A DNA stretch of 47,423 nucleotides. Origin: Polyangiaceae bacterium. Its GTDB lineage: Bacteria; Myxococcota_A; Polyangia; Polyangiales; Polyangiaceae. Location of the stretch: NCBI GenBank assembly GCA_035063585.1, contig JAPSGB010000035.1:1-47423 (forward strand), read 5' to 3'. The translations under genes were made by a program, and so were the position numbers. Shown in pieces: positions 25,958-35,581 of the stretch (position 1 is its first letter; each line of letters begins with the position of its first letter). The notes below the pieces were generated by a model. It worked only from the letters and a program-made list of their open reading frames with translations, did not search any database and was not told the origin of the DNA.

Positions 25958-26931
25958 GCCCGCTCGCGCGAGGCGCGCTCTACGGGCTCGTCATCATCAC
26001 CGTGCTGATGACGATCACCGCCTGGTCGATCTGGTTCGAGCGGAAGTTCGCGGGCCGCATGCAGAGCCGGCTCGGGCCGACCATGGTCGGCCCGGCGGGG
26101 CTCCTGCAGCCGCTCGCCGACGCGCTGAAGCTCCTCCAAAAGGAGAGCATCATCCCGGCGAGCGCGGATCGGCTCCTCTTCCGACTGGCGCCGCCGCTCA
26201 CGGTGCTCTTCGCGCTCGGAACCGCCGCGGTGATCCCCTTCTCCCCCGAGATCATCGCGTCGGATCTCGACGTCGGGGTCCTCTTCATCCTGGCGCTCGG
26301 CGGCCTCCTGCTCTTTCCGGTGTTCATCGCCGGGTGGTCGAGCAACAACAAGTACTCGCTGCTCGGCGCGATGCGCGCAGTGGCTCAAGGCATCTCGTAC
26401 GAGATCCCGCTGGTCCTCGCCGCGCTGGTGCCGGTCATCCTCAGCGGCTCCATGCGCCTCAGCGACATCGTGCGCTTCCAGGCAGCCCACGGCTGGTTCG
26501 TCGTCTGGCCGCCCGGGCCCGGGCTCTTCGCGTTCGTGCTCTTCTTCCTGGCGGCGCTCGCCGAGGCGAACCGGATCCCGTTCGACATCCCCGAGGCGGA
26601 GAGCGAGCTCGTGGCGGGGGTCACCACCGAATACACGGGCATGCAGTTTGGGCTCTTCTACCTGAGCGAGTACCTCCACACGCTGATCGTCTCGGCGGTG
26701 GCCGCCGCGCTCTTCCTCGGCGGCTGGGACGGCCCGCTCCGCCCCGGGCTTCACTGGATGGTGCTGAAGACGCTAGTGCTCTTCGCGAGCATCTTCTGGA
26801 TCCGCTGGACGCTGCTGCGCTTCCGCGCCGATCAGCTCATGAGCCTGTGCTGGAAGTACCTGGTGCCGGGCGGGCTCGCCCTGGTCATGGCGGCCGCCGG
26901 CTGGGTCGGGCTCGGCTGGGGGGCGCCCTGA
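25954..26931 (+). CDS. nuoH: NADH-quinone oxidoreductase subunit H
   Basis: ERKFAGRMQSRLGP, GLLQPLADALKLLQKE, NRIPFDIPEAESELVAG; ATGA overlap with nuoD. Confidence 0.95.
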   Translation: MSPLARGALYGLVIITVLMTITAWSIWFERKFAGRMQSRLGPTMVGPAGLLQPLADALKLLQKESIIPASADRLLFRLAPPLTVLFALGTAAVIPFSPEIIASDLDVGVLFILALGGLLLFPVFIAGWSSNNKYSLLGAMRAVAQGISYEIPLVLAALVPVILSGSMRLSDIVRFQAAHGWFVVWPPGPGLFAFVLFFLAALAEANRIPFDIPEAESELVAGVTTEYTGMQFGLFYLSEYLHTLIVSAVAAALFLGGWDGPLRPGLHWMVLKTLVLFASIFWIRWTLLRFRADQLMSLCWKYLVPGGLALVMAAAGWVGLGWGAP

Positions 26932-27569
26932 TGGGCTATTTCCGCGACGGCTTCCGAGCGCTCGGGACCACGCTGCGAAGCGCGTTCCGAAAGCCCACCA
27001 CGGTCGAGTTCCCGGGCGAGCTCCGGGAGCGCTCCGAGCGCTATCGCACGAGTTTCGCGCTCTTGCACGACCCTGAGGGCGACGAGCTCTGCGTCGGCTG
27101 TCTCCAGTGCGAGCGGATCTGCCCGTCTCAGATCATCTCGATCACCGCGGAGAAGAAGGACTCGCCCGTCACCGGCAAGCGACGCGGCTACGCCAAGGAC
27201 TTCGTGCTCGACCTGAACGCGTGCATTTACTGCGAGCTCTGCGTCCAGGTGTGTCCGACCGACGCCATCGTGATGACGCGCGTTCCGGAGACCCCGGGCT
27301 ACTCGCGTGAAGAGCTGTGTCTGACCATGGACCGGCTCTACGCGAACGAGACGGACAAGCCGGTGACCTGGGGCACGGCGAGCAAGCTGATGGGCATGCA
27401 GGATCCGAAGCGCGCGGCAGAGGACGAGCCTCGGGCGGCTTCGCCCGAGCAGCCGAGCGAGCTCGCTTCGGCGAAGGCCGCGCCGGCCGTGGTCGAGCCC
27501 GCCGCGCCCGCGCCGGCCGAGCCGGCCGCGACGCCGGCCGCGACGAGTGAGCCCCGAGAGACCACCTGA
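26931..27569 (+). CDS. nuoI: NADH-quinone oxidoreductase subunit I (2x[4Fe-4S])
   Basis: CVGCLQCERICP and CIYCELCVQVCP; Pro/Ala-rich C-terminal tail. Confidence 0.93.
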   Translation: MGYFRDGFRALGTTLRSAFRKPTTVEFPGELRERSERYRTSFALLHDPEGDELCVGCLQCERICPSQIISITAEKKDSPVTGKRRGYAKDFVLDLNACIYCELCVQVCPTDAIVMTRVPETPGYSREELCLTMDRLYANETDKPVTWGTASKLMGMQDPKRAAEDEPRAASPEQPSELASAKAAPAVVEPAAPAPAEPAATPAATSEPRETT

Positions 27570-28108
27570 TGATGGACCAGCTTGCCTTCGGCGCGGTCTC
27601 GGCCGGGCTCTTGCTCTCCGCGCTCTTGGTCGTGAGCACCCGGAACCTCGTGCACGCGGTCCTCTGGCTCGCGGTGACCCTCGTCATGACCGCCGTCCTC
27701 TTCGTGACGCTCTCGGCGCCCTTCGTCGCCGGGATTCAGATCCTGCTCTACACGGGCGGCGTCATCACCCTGATGCTCTTCGGGGTGATGCTGACGCGCC
27801 GTCAGGACGGGACGCGGATCGAGGCGGAGGTGAGCCCCGGCCGGCGTGGTCCGGCGCTCCTGGCGGCCGCGGCGCTCTTCGGCGTCCTCGCGGGCGCGCT
27901 CTCGAAGACGCCGAAGCTCGGCGCCACCACGAGCACCGTGACCCCGACGGAGGCGATCGGCCACTCGTTTCTCACGGACAACGTGCTCGCGTTCGAGCTC
28001 CTGTCGGTGCTGCTCCTCGCCACCATGATAGGTTCGATCGCGGTCGCGCGCCGCCACGACCACGCCGCCGAGACGAAGCCCGTGGGCGGGCGAAGGGAGC
28101 CCGGCTAG
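27569..28108 (+). CDS. nuoJ: NADH-quinone oxidoreductase subunit J
   Basis: NLVHAVLWL, QILLYTGGVITLMLFGVML, FELLSVLLL. Confidence 0.92.
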   Translation: MMDQLAFGAVSAGLLLSALLVVSTRNLVHAVLWLAVTLVMTAVLFVTLSAPFVAGIQILLYTGGVITLMLFGVMLTRRQDGTRIEAEVSPGRRGPALLAAAALFGVLAGALSKTPKLGATTSTVTPTEAIGHSFLTDNVLAFELLSVLLLATMIGSIAVARRHDHAAETKPVGGRREPG

Positions 28109-28408
28109 ATGGCGCTCAGCCCCTACCTCCTCCTCGCCGCGGCGCTCTTCAGCATCGGCGTCTACGGGGTGCTCTCTCGGCGCAACGCGATCGGCGTGCT
28201 GCTCTCGGTCGAGCTCATGGCGAACGCGGTGAACATCAACCTGGTCGCCTTCTCTCGCGCGCACGGCACCGCGCTCGGCCAGGTGTTCGCGCTCTTCTCC
28301 ATCGCTATCACGGTGGCCGAGGTGGTCGTCGGGCTGGCGCTGGTCATCCTGCTCTATCGGAGCCGGCGCGACGTCCTCGTCGACGCGGCGAGCGACCTCA
28401 AGGGCTGA
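28109..28408 (+). CDS. nuoK: NADH-quinone oxidoreductase subunit K
   Basis: RRNAIGVLLSVELMANAVNIN, AEVVVGLAL, LKG C-terminus. Confidence 0.95.
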   Translation: MALSPYLLLAAALFSIGVYGVLSRRNAIGVLLSVELMANAVNINLVAFSRAHGTALGQVFALFSIAITVAEVVVGLALVILLYRSRRDVLVDAASDLKG

Positions 28409-28411
28409 TCC

Positions 28412-30235
28412 ATGACGGTGACCCCGCTCACGCTCGCGCTCGTCGCGCTCTTCACACCCCTCGGCGCCGCCGCCCTCATTGGCGCGGTGACGCCGCTCCG
28501 CCGGCGTGGCACGCCCGCGGCCTGGCTCTCGATCGCCGCGGTGATGGTCACGCTCGGCTGCGCCGCGCGGCTGTTCATGCTTCGGCTCGCGCAACCGGAC
28601 GGCGAGCTGCTCCGCACCTTCGCCTGGCTGCCTAGCGGCTCGAGCACGCTCGCCGAGCTCGGCGTCCGCCTCGACGGGGTCTCGATCCCGATGTTCCTCG
28701 TCTTGTCGGTGGTCGCCGCCTGCGTGCAGGTGTTCTCGCTCGGCTACATGGCGGACGAGCCCGCTCCGGCGCGCGGACGCTACTTCGCGTACCACTCGCT
28801 CTTCGTCTTCTCGATGGGCCTCTTGGTGCTCGCGCCCAACCTGCTCGAGCTGTTCATCGGCTGGGAGCTGGTCGGGCTCACGAGTTACCTGCTCATCGGC
28901 TTCTACTATCAGAAGCCGAGCGCCGCGCAGGCGGCGATCAAGGCCTTCTGGGTGACCAAGTTCGCCGACATGGCGTTCCTCCTCGGGCTCATCCTCTTGG
29001 TCTCCGTCACCGGGTCCTTCAGCTGGACGGCGAGCCCGCCGGCGCCGTGGGCGACCGCCATCACGCTCCTCGTCTTCGTTGGAGTCATGGGCAAGAGCGC
29101 GCAGTTCCCGCTCCACATCTGGCTGCCGAACGCGATGGAGGGGCCGACGCCGGTCTCGGCGCTCCTGCACGCCGCCACCATGGTGGCGGCGGGCGTCTAC
29201 CTCATCGTCCGCGCGCATCCGCTCTTCGCGCTGTCGGAGACCACGCTCGCCGTGATGACGTCGATCGGCGCGTTCACGGCGCTATTTGCCGCGGTCATCG
29301 CGGTCGTTCAGACCGACATCAAGCGGGTCCTCGCCTACTCTACCTGCTCGCAGCTCGGCTACATGATCGCCGCGCTGGGCGCCGGCTCGGTGATGGGCGG
29401 CTATTTTCACCTCACCACCCACGCCTGCTTCAAGGCGCTCCTCTTCCTCGGCGCAGGCAGCGTCATCCACGCGGTGCACTCGAATGAGCTCGCGCACATG
29501 GGGGGCCTCTTCCGACGCATGCGCCTCACCGGCGTCACCTTCATGATCGGAGCGCTCGCGCTCGCCGGAGTGCCGCCCTTCGCCGGCTTCTTCAGCAAGG
29601 ACCTCATCCTCGAGGCCATGGTGCACGGTGAGCGCTGGCTCCCGCTCGCCGCGCTCCTCGCCGGCGCCTTCCTCACCGCGCTCTACATGACGCGCGTCGT
29701 GTGGCTCACCTTCTTCGGGGAGCCGTCGACGGAGCACGCGGAGCACGCCCACGAGCACGGCGCGCTGATGGTGGCGCCGCTCGTGGTGCTGGCGGTGCTC
29801 TCGGCAGGTGCCGGCTTCTTCGGGAAGACGCTCGCCGCCGTCTACGGTCTAGAGTACGAGTTCTCGCTCACGCCGGTGGGGGTCGCAGGGAGCGCGCTCG
29901 GGCTCCTCGGCATCCTGGCGGGCTGGTTCGCGTGGGGCCGCCCCGGCAAGACGACGCGGGCCTTCGAGCTCGTCGCGCCGCTCGGCACGCTCGCGCGCTC
30001 GGGCGCCGTCAATCGCGCCTGGGAGCTCGGGTATCGGCAGGTGCTCATGGTCGCCGCCGAGCTCATCGCCTGGTTCGATCGCTACGTCGTCGATGGCGTG
30101 ATGAACTTCATCGCCTGGGCGACCTTGCGGCTCGGGACGCGACTGCGCCGGCTCACTACCGGTAACGCGCAGGACTACGTGTACGCCGTAGTGGCGGGCG
30201 CGGTGGTCATCGCGGCCTGGGGGATCTTCGGGTGA
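28412..30235 (+). CDS. nuoL: NADH-quinone oxidoreductase subunit L
   Basis: WELVGLTSYLLIGF, GKSAQFPLHIWLPNAMEGPTPVSALLHAATMV, HACFKALLFL, GFFSKD. Confidence 0.95.
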   Translation: MTVTPLTLALVALFTPLGAAALIGAVTPLRRRGTPAAWLSIAAVMVTLGCAARLFMLRLAQPDGELLRTFAWLPSGSSTLAELGVRLDGVSIPMFLVLSVVAACVQVFSLGYMADEPAPARGRYFAYHSLFVFSMGLLVLAPNLLELFIGWELVGLTSYLLIGFYYQKPSAAQAAIKAFWVTKFADMAFLLGLILLVSVTGSFSWTASPPAPWATAITLLVFVGVMGKSAQFPLHIWLPNAMEGPTPVSALLHAATMVAAGVYLIVRAHPLFALSETTLAVMTSIGAFTALFAAVIAVVQTDIKRVLAYSTCSQLGYMIAALGAGSVMGGYFHLTTHACFKALLFLGAGSVIHAVHSNELAHMGGLFRRMRLTGVTFMIGALALAGVPPFAGFFSKDLILEAMVHGERWLPLAALLAGAFLTALYMTRVVWLTFFGEPSTEHAEHAHEHGALMVAPLVVLAVLSAGAGFFGKTLAAVYGLEYEFSLTPVGVAGSALGLLGILAGWFAWGRPGKTTRAFELVAPLGTLARSGAVNRAWELGYRQVLMVAAELIAWFDRYVVDGVMNFIAWATLRLGTRLRRLTTGNAQDYVYAVVAGAVVIAAWGIFG

Positions 30236-31773
30236 TGGAGCACCTGCTCGCCATCATCGTGGCCGCGCCCTTCGTGGCCGGCGTCCTCCTCCTGCTCGTA
30301 CCCGAGGTCGATCGGCTGATGGTGCGGCTGGTCGCCCTCTGCGGCGCGAGCGTGTCGCTCGCCGGCAGCGTCTTGGTCGCGACCCACTATGACCTCGCGG
30401 AGGGCGGGCTGCAGCTCGCGGCGAGCTACCCGCTCGTGCCCTCGCTCGGCATCGCGCTCCGCCTCGCCGCGGACGGCTGGAGCGTCTCCCTGCTCCTCTT
30501 GACCGGCATCATCACCTTTGCCGGCGTCTTGGCGAGCTGGACGCTCCGCGAGCGCTCGAAGGAGTTCTACGTCTTTCTCCTGGTGCTGGTCGCCGGCGTG
30601 TTCGGGGTGTTCGTCTCCCAGGATCTCTTCATATTCTTCCTCTTCTACGAGATCGCCGTCTTGCCGATGTATCTGCTCATCGGCATCTGGGGCTCGAGCC
30701 ACGCGGTGGCCAAGGACGGCCCCTTCCACTTCGTGTGGAAGCTCTTCGACATCGGCGGGCGCGAGTACGCGGCGATGAAGCTCACGCTCATGCTGCTGGT
30801 CGGCTCCGCGCTCATCCTGGTCGTCATCTTCGCGATGTACGTCGAGGCCGGCCAGCACACCTTCGACATGAGCGTGCTCGGCAGAGCCCGCTACCCGCGC
30901 TCGATGCAGATCTGGGCGTTCCCGCTGCTCTGGTTGGGCTTCGGCTCGCTGAGCGGCGTGTTCCCCTTCCACACCTGGTCTCCGGACGGGCACGCCTCGG
31001 CGCCGACCGCCGTCTCGATGTTGCACGCCGGCGTGCTCATGAAGCTCGGTGCCTTCGGCGTCATGCGGGTGGGCATGGTGATGCTGCCGGAAGGCGCGGT
31101 GGTCTGGGCGCCGATGGTGGGCGTCATCGCCGTCGTCAACATCGTCTACGGGGCGCTCTCGGCGATGGGCCAGAAGGACCTCAAGTACATCATCGCCTAC
31201 TCCTCGGTGAGCCACATGGGCGTGGTGATGCTCGGCGCCGCGACGCTCACGACGACCGGCTGGAACGGCGCCGTCTACCAGATGTTCGCGCACGGCATCA
31301 TGACCGGGCTCTTCTTCGCGCTGGTCGGTCTGGTCTACGAGCGCGCTCACACCCGCTCGGTGCCGAGCATGGGCGGGTTCGGTAAGGCGATGCCGGCGGT
31401 GGCGGTGTTCTTCACCCTGGCCGGGCTCTCCTCGCTCGGGCTGCCGGGCACGGCGGGCTTCGTCGCCGAGCTCATGGTCTTCATCGGCGCCTGGCAGAGC
31501 GCGCACTCCTGGTGGGCGATCCCGGGCATCCTCGGGGCGTTCTTCACCGCGGTGTACGTGCTCCGCACGGTTCGCATGATCTTCTGGGGCCCGGGCCCGG
31601 CCGCGCGCTTCGATGAGCTCGCGGACGCCCGGCGAACCGAGTGGGGCGCGCTCGTCATCCTCGGCGCGGCGCTCATCGTGTTCGGCGTATATCCCGCGCT
31701 CATCCTCGACTTCATCAACCGCACCACGCCCCACTACCTCGGCGCGGTAAAGGAGCTCATCGGGGCGCCATGA
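30232..31773 (+). CDS. nuoM: NADH-quinone oxidoreductase subunit M
   Basis: FFLFYE..LPMYLLIGIWG, FHTWSPDGHASAPT, LMKLG, AYSSVSHMG, LGLPGTAGFVAE. Confidence 0.95.
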   Translation: MMEHLLAIIVAAPFVAGVLLLLVPEVDRLMVRLVALCGASVSLAGSVLVATHYDLAEGGLQLAASYPLVPSLGIALRLAADGWSVSLLLLTGIITFAGVLASWTLRERSKEFYVFLLVLVAGVFGVFVSQDLFIFFLFYEIAVLPMYLLIGIWGSSHAVAKDGPFHFVWKLFDIGGREYAAMKLTLMLLVGSALILVVIFAMYVEAGQHTFDMSVLGRARYPRSMQIWAFPLLWLGFGSLSGVFPFHTWSPDGHASAPTAVSMLHAGVLMKLGAFGVMRVGMVMLPEGAVVWAPMVGVIAVVNIVYGALSAMGQKDLKYIIAYSSVSHMGVVMLGAATLTTTGWNGAVYQMFAHGIMTGLFFALVGLVYERAHTRSVPSMGGFGKAMPAVAVFFTLAGLSSLGLPGTAGFVAELMVFIGAWQSAHSWWAIPGILGAFFTAVYVLRTVRMIFWGPGPAARFDELADARRTEWGALVILGAALIVFGVYPALILDFINRTTPHYLGAVKELIGAP

Positions 31774-33248
31774 CCTTCAGCGTCGCGGACTTTGCGCCGC
31801 TCACCCTCGACCTCGCGCTCCTCGCCGGGCTCGTGCTGGTGCTCGTGGTCGATCTCGATCGAGCGGCTGGCGCCGGCCGCGTCGCCGGCCTGCTCTCGGC
31901 CGCCATCCTCGCCGCCATCTTCGTCGCGTCGTTCTTCGTCGACACGAGCGGCAGCGCCTTCGGCGGCGCGTACCAGGGAGGCGCGTGGGCGCTCTTCTTC
32001 AAGCGCGTGTTCCTGTTCTCGGGCGCGGTCGCCGCGCTCGGCAGCGTCGAGCACGTCGAGGCGCGACACCCCCGCCGGCAAGGCGAGTACTACGTCCTCC
32101 TCCTGGCCAGCCTGCTCGGCATGACGCTCCTGCCGGGCGTGCGAGATCTCATCTTGCTCATGGTGAGCTTCGAGCTCATGGGGATCCCGCTCTTCGTCCT
32201 GGCCGCCTGGGCCAAGACGGACGAGCGCCATGGCGCCGCTCGCTACGCGCCCGAGGGTGCGCTCAAGCTCTATTTGGTCGGCGTCGTCAGCACCGCGACC
32301 ACGCTCTTCGGGCTGTCGCTCGTGTTCGGCCTCTCGGGCACCACGAACATCCTTCGGCTCGGCGCGGCCTCGTCGTCGCCGCTGCTCACCGCGGGCCTGC
32401 TCTTGATGGTCGCCGGGATGGGCTTCAAGATCGGCGCGGTCCCCTTCCACTCGTGGGTGCCGGACACCTACCAGGCGGCCGGTACGCCGTTCGTCGCCTT
32501 CCTCTCGGTCGCGCCCAAGATCGCGGGGTTCGCCGCCCTCGCGGTGGTGCTCGCGATCGGCTTTGGTAGCGAGCCGGCGGCGTGGCGCCCCACCCTGATC
32601 GCTCTCTCGGTCGCGAGCATGCTCCTCGGCAACCTCGTCGCCCTCGCGCAGACGAACGTGAAGCGCCTGCTCGCCTACTCCGGCATCGGACAAATCGGCT
32701 ACATGCTCATGGCGTTCGCCGCGGTCGGCCCGGGCGGGATGCGAACCCTGCTCTTCTACACGGCCGCCTACGCGACCACGAACCTCGGCGCGTTCCTGGT
32801 CGTCGAGGCGGTGAGCGCGGACGGCGGCGACGATTCCATCGCGAGTTTCGCGGGCCTCTCGCGTCGCTCCCCGGCCCTCGCGCTCGCGATGTTGCTCTTC
32901 CTGCTCTCACTCGCCGGGATCCCGTTCGTGGTCGGCTTCTGGGCAAAGCTCTACGTGTTCGTCGCCGCGTGGGAGGCCGGGCTCGAGTGGCTGGTCGTGC
33001 TCGGCGCGGTGCTCGCGGTGGTCGGGCTCTTCTACTACATGCAAATCGCCCGCGCGATGTACATGGTCCCGCCGAGCGTCCCCGCGCGCGTGCGGACCGG
33101 GCGCGCGCTCCGAGCGGCGCTCATCGTCTCGATCGCCGGGGTGGTCGGCGCGGGGCTCGCGCCCGCGCCGCTCTTCGACGACGCCGCACGCGCCGCCGAG
33201 TCGCTCGCGCCCGCTCCCGCGACCGAAACCGTCGCGCGCGTCCCCTGA
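31770..33248 (+). CDS. nuoN: NADH-quinone oxidoreductase subunit N
   Basis: EGALKLY, FKIGAVPFHSWVPDTYQ, KRLLAYSGI, SLAGIPFVVGFWAK; ATGA overlap with nuoM. Confidence 0.95.
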   Translation: MTFSVADFAPLTLDLALLAGLVLVLVVDLDRAAGAGRVAGLLSAAILAAIFVASFFVDTSGSAFGGAYQGGAWALFFKRVFLFSGAVAALGSVEHVEARHPRRQGEYYVLLLASLLGMTLLPGVRDLILLMVSFELMGIPLFVLAAWAKTDERHGAARYAPEGALKLYLVGVVSTATTLFGLSLVFGLSGTTNILRLGAASSSPLLTAGLLLMVAGMGFKIGAVPFHSWVPDTYQAAGTPFVAFLSVAPKIAGFAALAVVLAIGFGSEPAAWRPTLIALSVASMLLGNLVALAQTNVKRLLAYSGIGQIGYMLMAFAAVGPGGMRTLLFYTAAYATTNLGAFLVVEAVSADGGDDSIASFAGLSRRSPALALAMLLFLLSLAGIPFVVGFWAKLYVFVAAWEAGLEWLVVLGAVLAVVGLFYYMQIARAMYMVPPSVPARVRTGRALRAALIVSIAGVVGAGLAPAPLFDDAARAAESLAPAPATETVARVP

Positions 33249-33268
33249 GCTCGCGCGCGAGGGCTGCC

Positions 33269-33298
33269 GGCCCGGCGCGGCCGGCGGCGCGCCGGGCC
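33269..33298. terminator. GC-rich hairpin between the convergent nuoN and reductase genes
   Basis: Perfect 11-bp inverted repeat GGCCCGGCGCG / CGCGCCGGGCC with an 8-nt loop; no U-tract. Confidence 0.3.
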
Positions 33299-33327
33299 GC
33301 GGGAACCGCCGCGCCAGCGGACGTGCC

Positions 33328-34728
33328 TCAGCCGGACGAGCCGCGCGCGCGGTCGGCGTGCCGCATCATCTCTTGAATCGAGCTCAGCTTCTCGCGCACC
33401 TTGCCGAGATCGCGACCGACCTCGCGCTCGAGCTCGTCGATGGCGCGCCAGTCGATGAGGGTCGCCACCCGGACCCCGCGCTCGGCGAGCCGGGCGTCGA
33501 CCGCGGCGCGGCTGCGCTCGGGCTCCGGACCGAGCTGCTTCGCGTCCTCGAGCATGACCGCGACGGTCGCGGCCGCGTCCGCCTTGTTGGTCCCGATGAC
33601 GCCGGTCGGGCCGCGTTTGATCCAGCCCGCGACGTACACCCGCGGCACGACCGGTCCGCCCGCGCCGTCGGTGACGCGCCCGTCACGGTTCGGGATGATC
33701 CCCGCGCGCCCATCGAAGGGCAGCCCCGCGATGGGCACGCCGAGGTAGCCGATCGAGCGGAGCACGAGCCCGGCCTCGAGGTCATGGCGTGCGCCCGTCC
33801 CCACCGCGCGTGAGGTTCCGTTCTCGCTCACTGCGAGCCGGTTCTCTTCGACGCTCACGCGCGCTACCCGACCGTCGGCGCCCGCGTGGAGCTCGACCGG
33901 CGAGGCGAGAAACTGCACCGTCACGCGGCGCCGGGCGCCCGGCTTCGGCGGCGCCGCGGCGAGCTCCGAGAGGTAGCGGAGCTTGCGCTGGGTCGCGTGA
34001 TCGTAGACGTCTAGCGCGGTCGGGAACTCCGGCGAGCGGACGATGACCTCGACGTCCGCGAGCTCGGCGACCGCGCGGAGCTCGCGCTCGTCGAAGGCCG
34101 CCTCGGCTGGACCGCGCCGCACCAACAGGACCACCTCCCGCACCTCGCTCGCGCGGAGCGCCTCGAGCGCGTAGCCGGCGATGTCGGTCGGGCCGAGCCG
34201 CTCGGGCTCCGACACGAGGATGCGAACCACGTCGATCGCGACGTTGCCCGCGCCCACCACGACCGCGCGCGGCGCCGAGAGATCGAAGCGCTCCTCGGCG
34301 AAGTCCGGGTGCGCGTTGTACCAGCCGACGAAGGCCGTCGCCGGGTGGCTGCCGCCGAGCTCTTCGCCCGGGATCCCGAGCCGGCGATCGGAGGCGCTGC
34401 CGGTGCAGACGATGACCTGATCGTAGAGCTCGAGGAGGTCGGCCACGGTGAGCTCGCGGCCGAGCTCGAGGTTTCCGAGAAAGCGCAGGCGCGGGTCCGC
34501 GGCGGTACGCTCGAAGGCGGCGCTCGCGCGCTTGATCTGTTGGTGATCGGGCGCCACCCCGGCGCGAAGCAGCCCGAAGGGCACCGGGAGCCGCTCGAGG
34601 AGGTCGACCTCGACCGCGAGGTCCTTCGGGCGAAGCAGCGCCTCAGCGGCGTAGAAGCCGGCGGGCCCGGCGCCGACGATGGCGACGCGGAGCGGACGGC
34701 CGAGCGAGCCGGGGGGTTCGAGCGACAT
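33328..34728 (-). CDS. Ferredoxin--NADP+ reductase, adrenodoxin-reductase/FprA type
   Basis: GAGPAG FAD loop, PFGLLRAGVAPDH, FVGWYNAHPD, GAGNVAIDV, GWIKRGPTGVIGTNK. Confidence 0.9.
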   Translation of the reverse strand: MSLEPPGSLGRPLRVAIVGAGPAGFYAAEALLRPKDLAVEVDLLERLPVPFGLLRAGVAPDHQQIKRASAAFERTAADPRLRFLGNLELGRELTVADLLELYDQVIVCTGSASDRRLGIPGEELGGSHPATAFVGWYNAHPDFAEERFDLSAPRAVVVGAGNVAIDVVRILVSEPERLGPTDIAGYALEALRASEVREVVLLVRRGPAEAAFDERELRAVAELADVEVIVRSPEFPTALDVYDHATQRKLRYLSELAAAPPKPGARRRVTVQFLASPVELHAGADGRVARVSVEENRLAVSENGTSRAVGTGARHDLEAGLVLRSIGYLGVPIAGLPFDGRAGIIPNRDGRVTDGAGGPVVPRVYVAGWIKRGPTGVIGTNKADAAATVAVMLEDAKQLGPEPERSRAAVDARLAERGVRVATLIDWRAIDELEREVGRDLGKVREKLSSIQEMMRHADRARGSSG

Positions 34729-34827
34729 CGAGCCTCTCCGTTAGCACGTCTCGGGCGCGCCTTGACGTGGCCGCCCTCGCCCCCTAACGGTGAAGCCCCG
34801 CCCGCGCCCCGGCGAGCGGGCCGCGCC

Positions 34828-35562
34828 ATGAGAGAAAGTCGAGAAGTTCCCGCGGAGTCATCGCCCCGCGCCGGCTCGGGCGCGATGTTCGACGCGATCG
34901 CCGCCCGCTACGATCTCCTGAACCGCCTGATGTCGTTCGGGATGGACGCCGGGTGGCGGCGCCGCGCGGCGCGCGCGCTCGCGCTCGAGCCGGGCGCGTA
35001 CGTGCTGGATCTCGCGACCGGCACCGGCGAGCTCGCGATCGCCATCGCCTCGCTCGACCGGGAGACGGTGGTGGTCGGGCTCGACCCCTCGGAGCGAATG
35101 CGGACGCTCGCGGAGGCCAAGCTCGAGCGCGCAGGGCTCGCGCGGCGCGTCGAGCTGGTGAGCGGCGACGCGGAGCGGCTGCCGTTCCTCGCCGGCAGCT
35201 TCGACGCGGTGTCGATTGGGTTCGGGCTCCGCAACCTGCCCGACCGCGGGCGCGCGCTCGCCGAGATGGCGCGCGTGACGCGCCCGGGCGGCCGAGTCGC
35301 GGTGCTCGAGCTCAGCGAGCCGCGCGACGGCTTGCTCGCGCCGCTCGCGCGCTGCTACGTCCACACGCTCGTGCCGTGGCTCGGCCAGGCCCTCTCGGGT
35401 GCGCGCGAGTACCGTTACCTCGCGCGCTCGATCGCGGCGTTTCCGCCGGCCGCCGAGCTCGCGGAGCTCATGCGCGCGAGCGGGCTCGAGGTGCTCGACG
35501 TCATCCGCCTCGGCTTCGGCGCGTGCCAGCTCGTCGTCGCCACGCCGAAGCGGCGAGCCTGA
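34828..35562 (+). CDS. ubiE: Demethylmenaquinone/ubiquinone C-methyltransferase (MenG/UbiE)
   Basis: MFDAIAARYDLLNRLMSFG, VLDLATGTGE, GDAERLPF, FGLRN, YRYLARSI. Confidence 0.92.
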   Translation: MRESREVPAESSPRAGSGAMFDAIAARYDLLNRLMSFGMDAGWRRRAARALALEPGAYVLDLATGTGELAIAIASLDRETVVVGLDPSERMRTLAEAKLERAGLARRVELVSGDAERLPFLAGSFDAVSIGFGLRNLPDRGRALAEMARVTRPGGRVAVLELSEPRDGLLAPLARCYVHTLVPWLGQALSGAREYRYLARSIAAFPPAAELAELMRASGLEVLDVIRLGFGACQLVVATPKRRA

Positions 35563-35581
35563 CCAGCATGGGGCTTCCCGG

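Noticed and set aside
34762..34790. TTGACG-N17-TAACGG promoter before menG/ubiE
   Set aside because: The -10 lacks the conserved final T; too weak to call.
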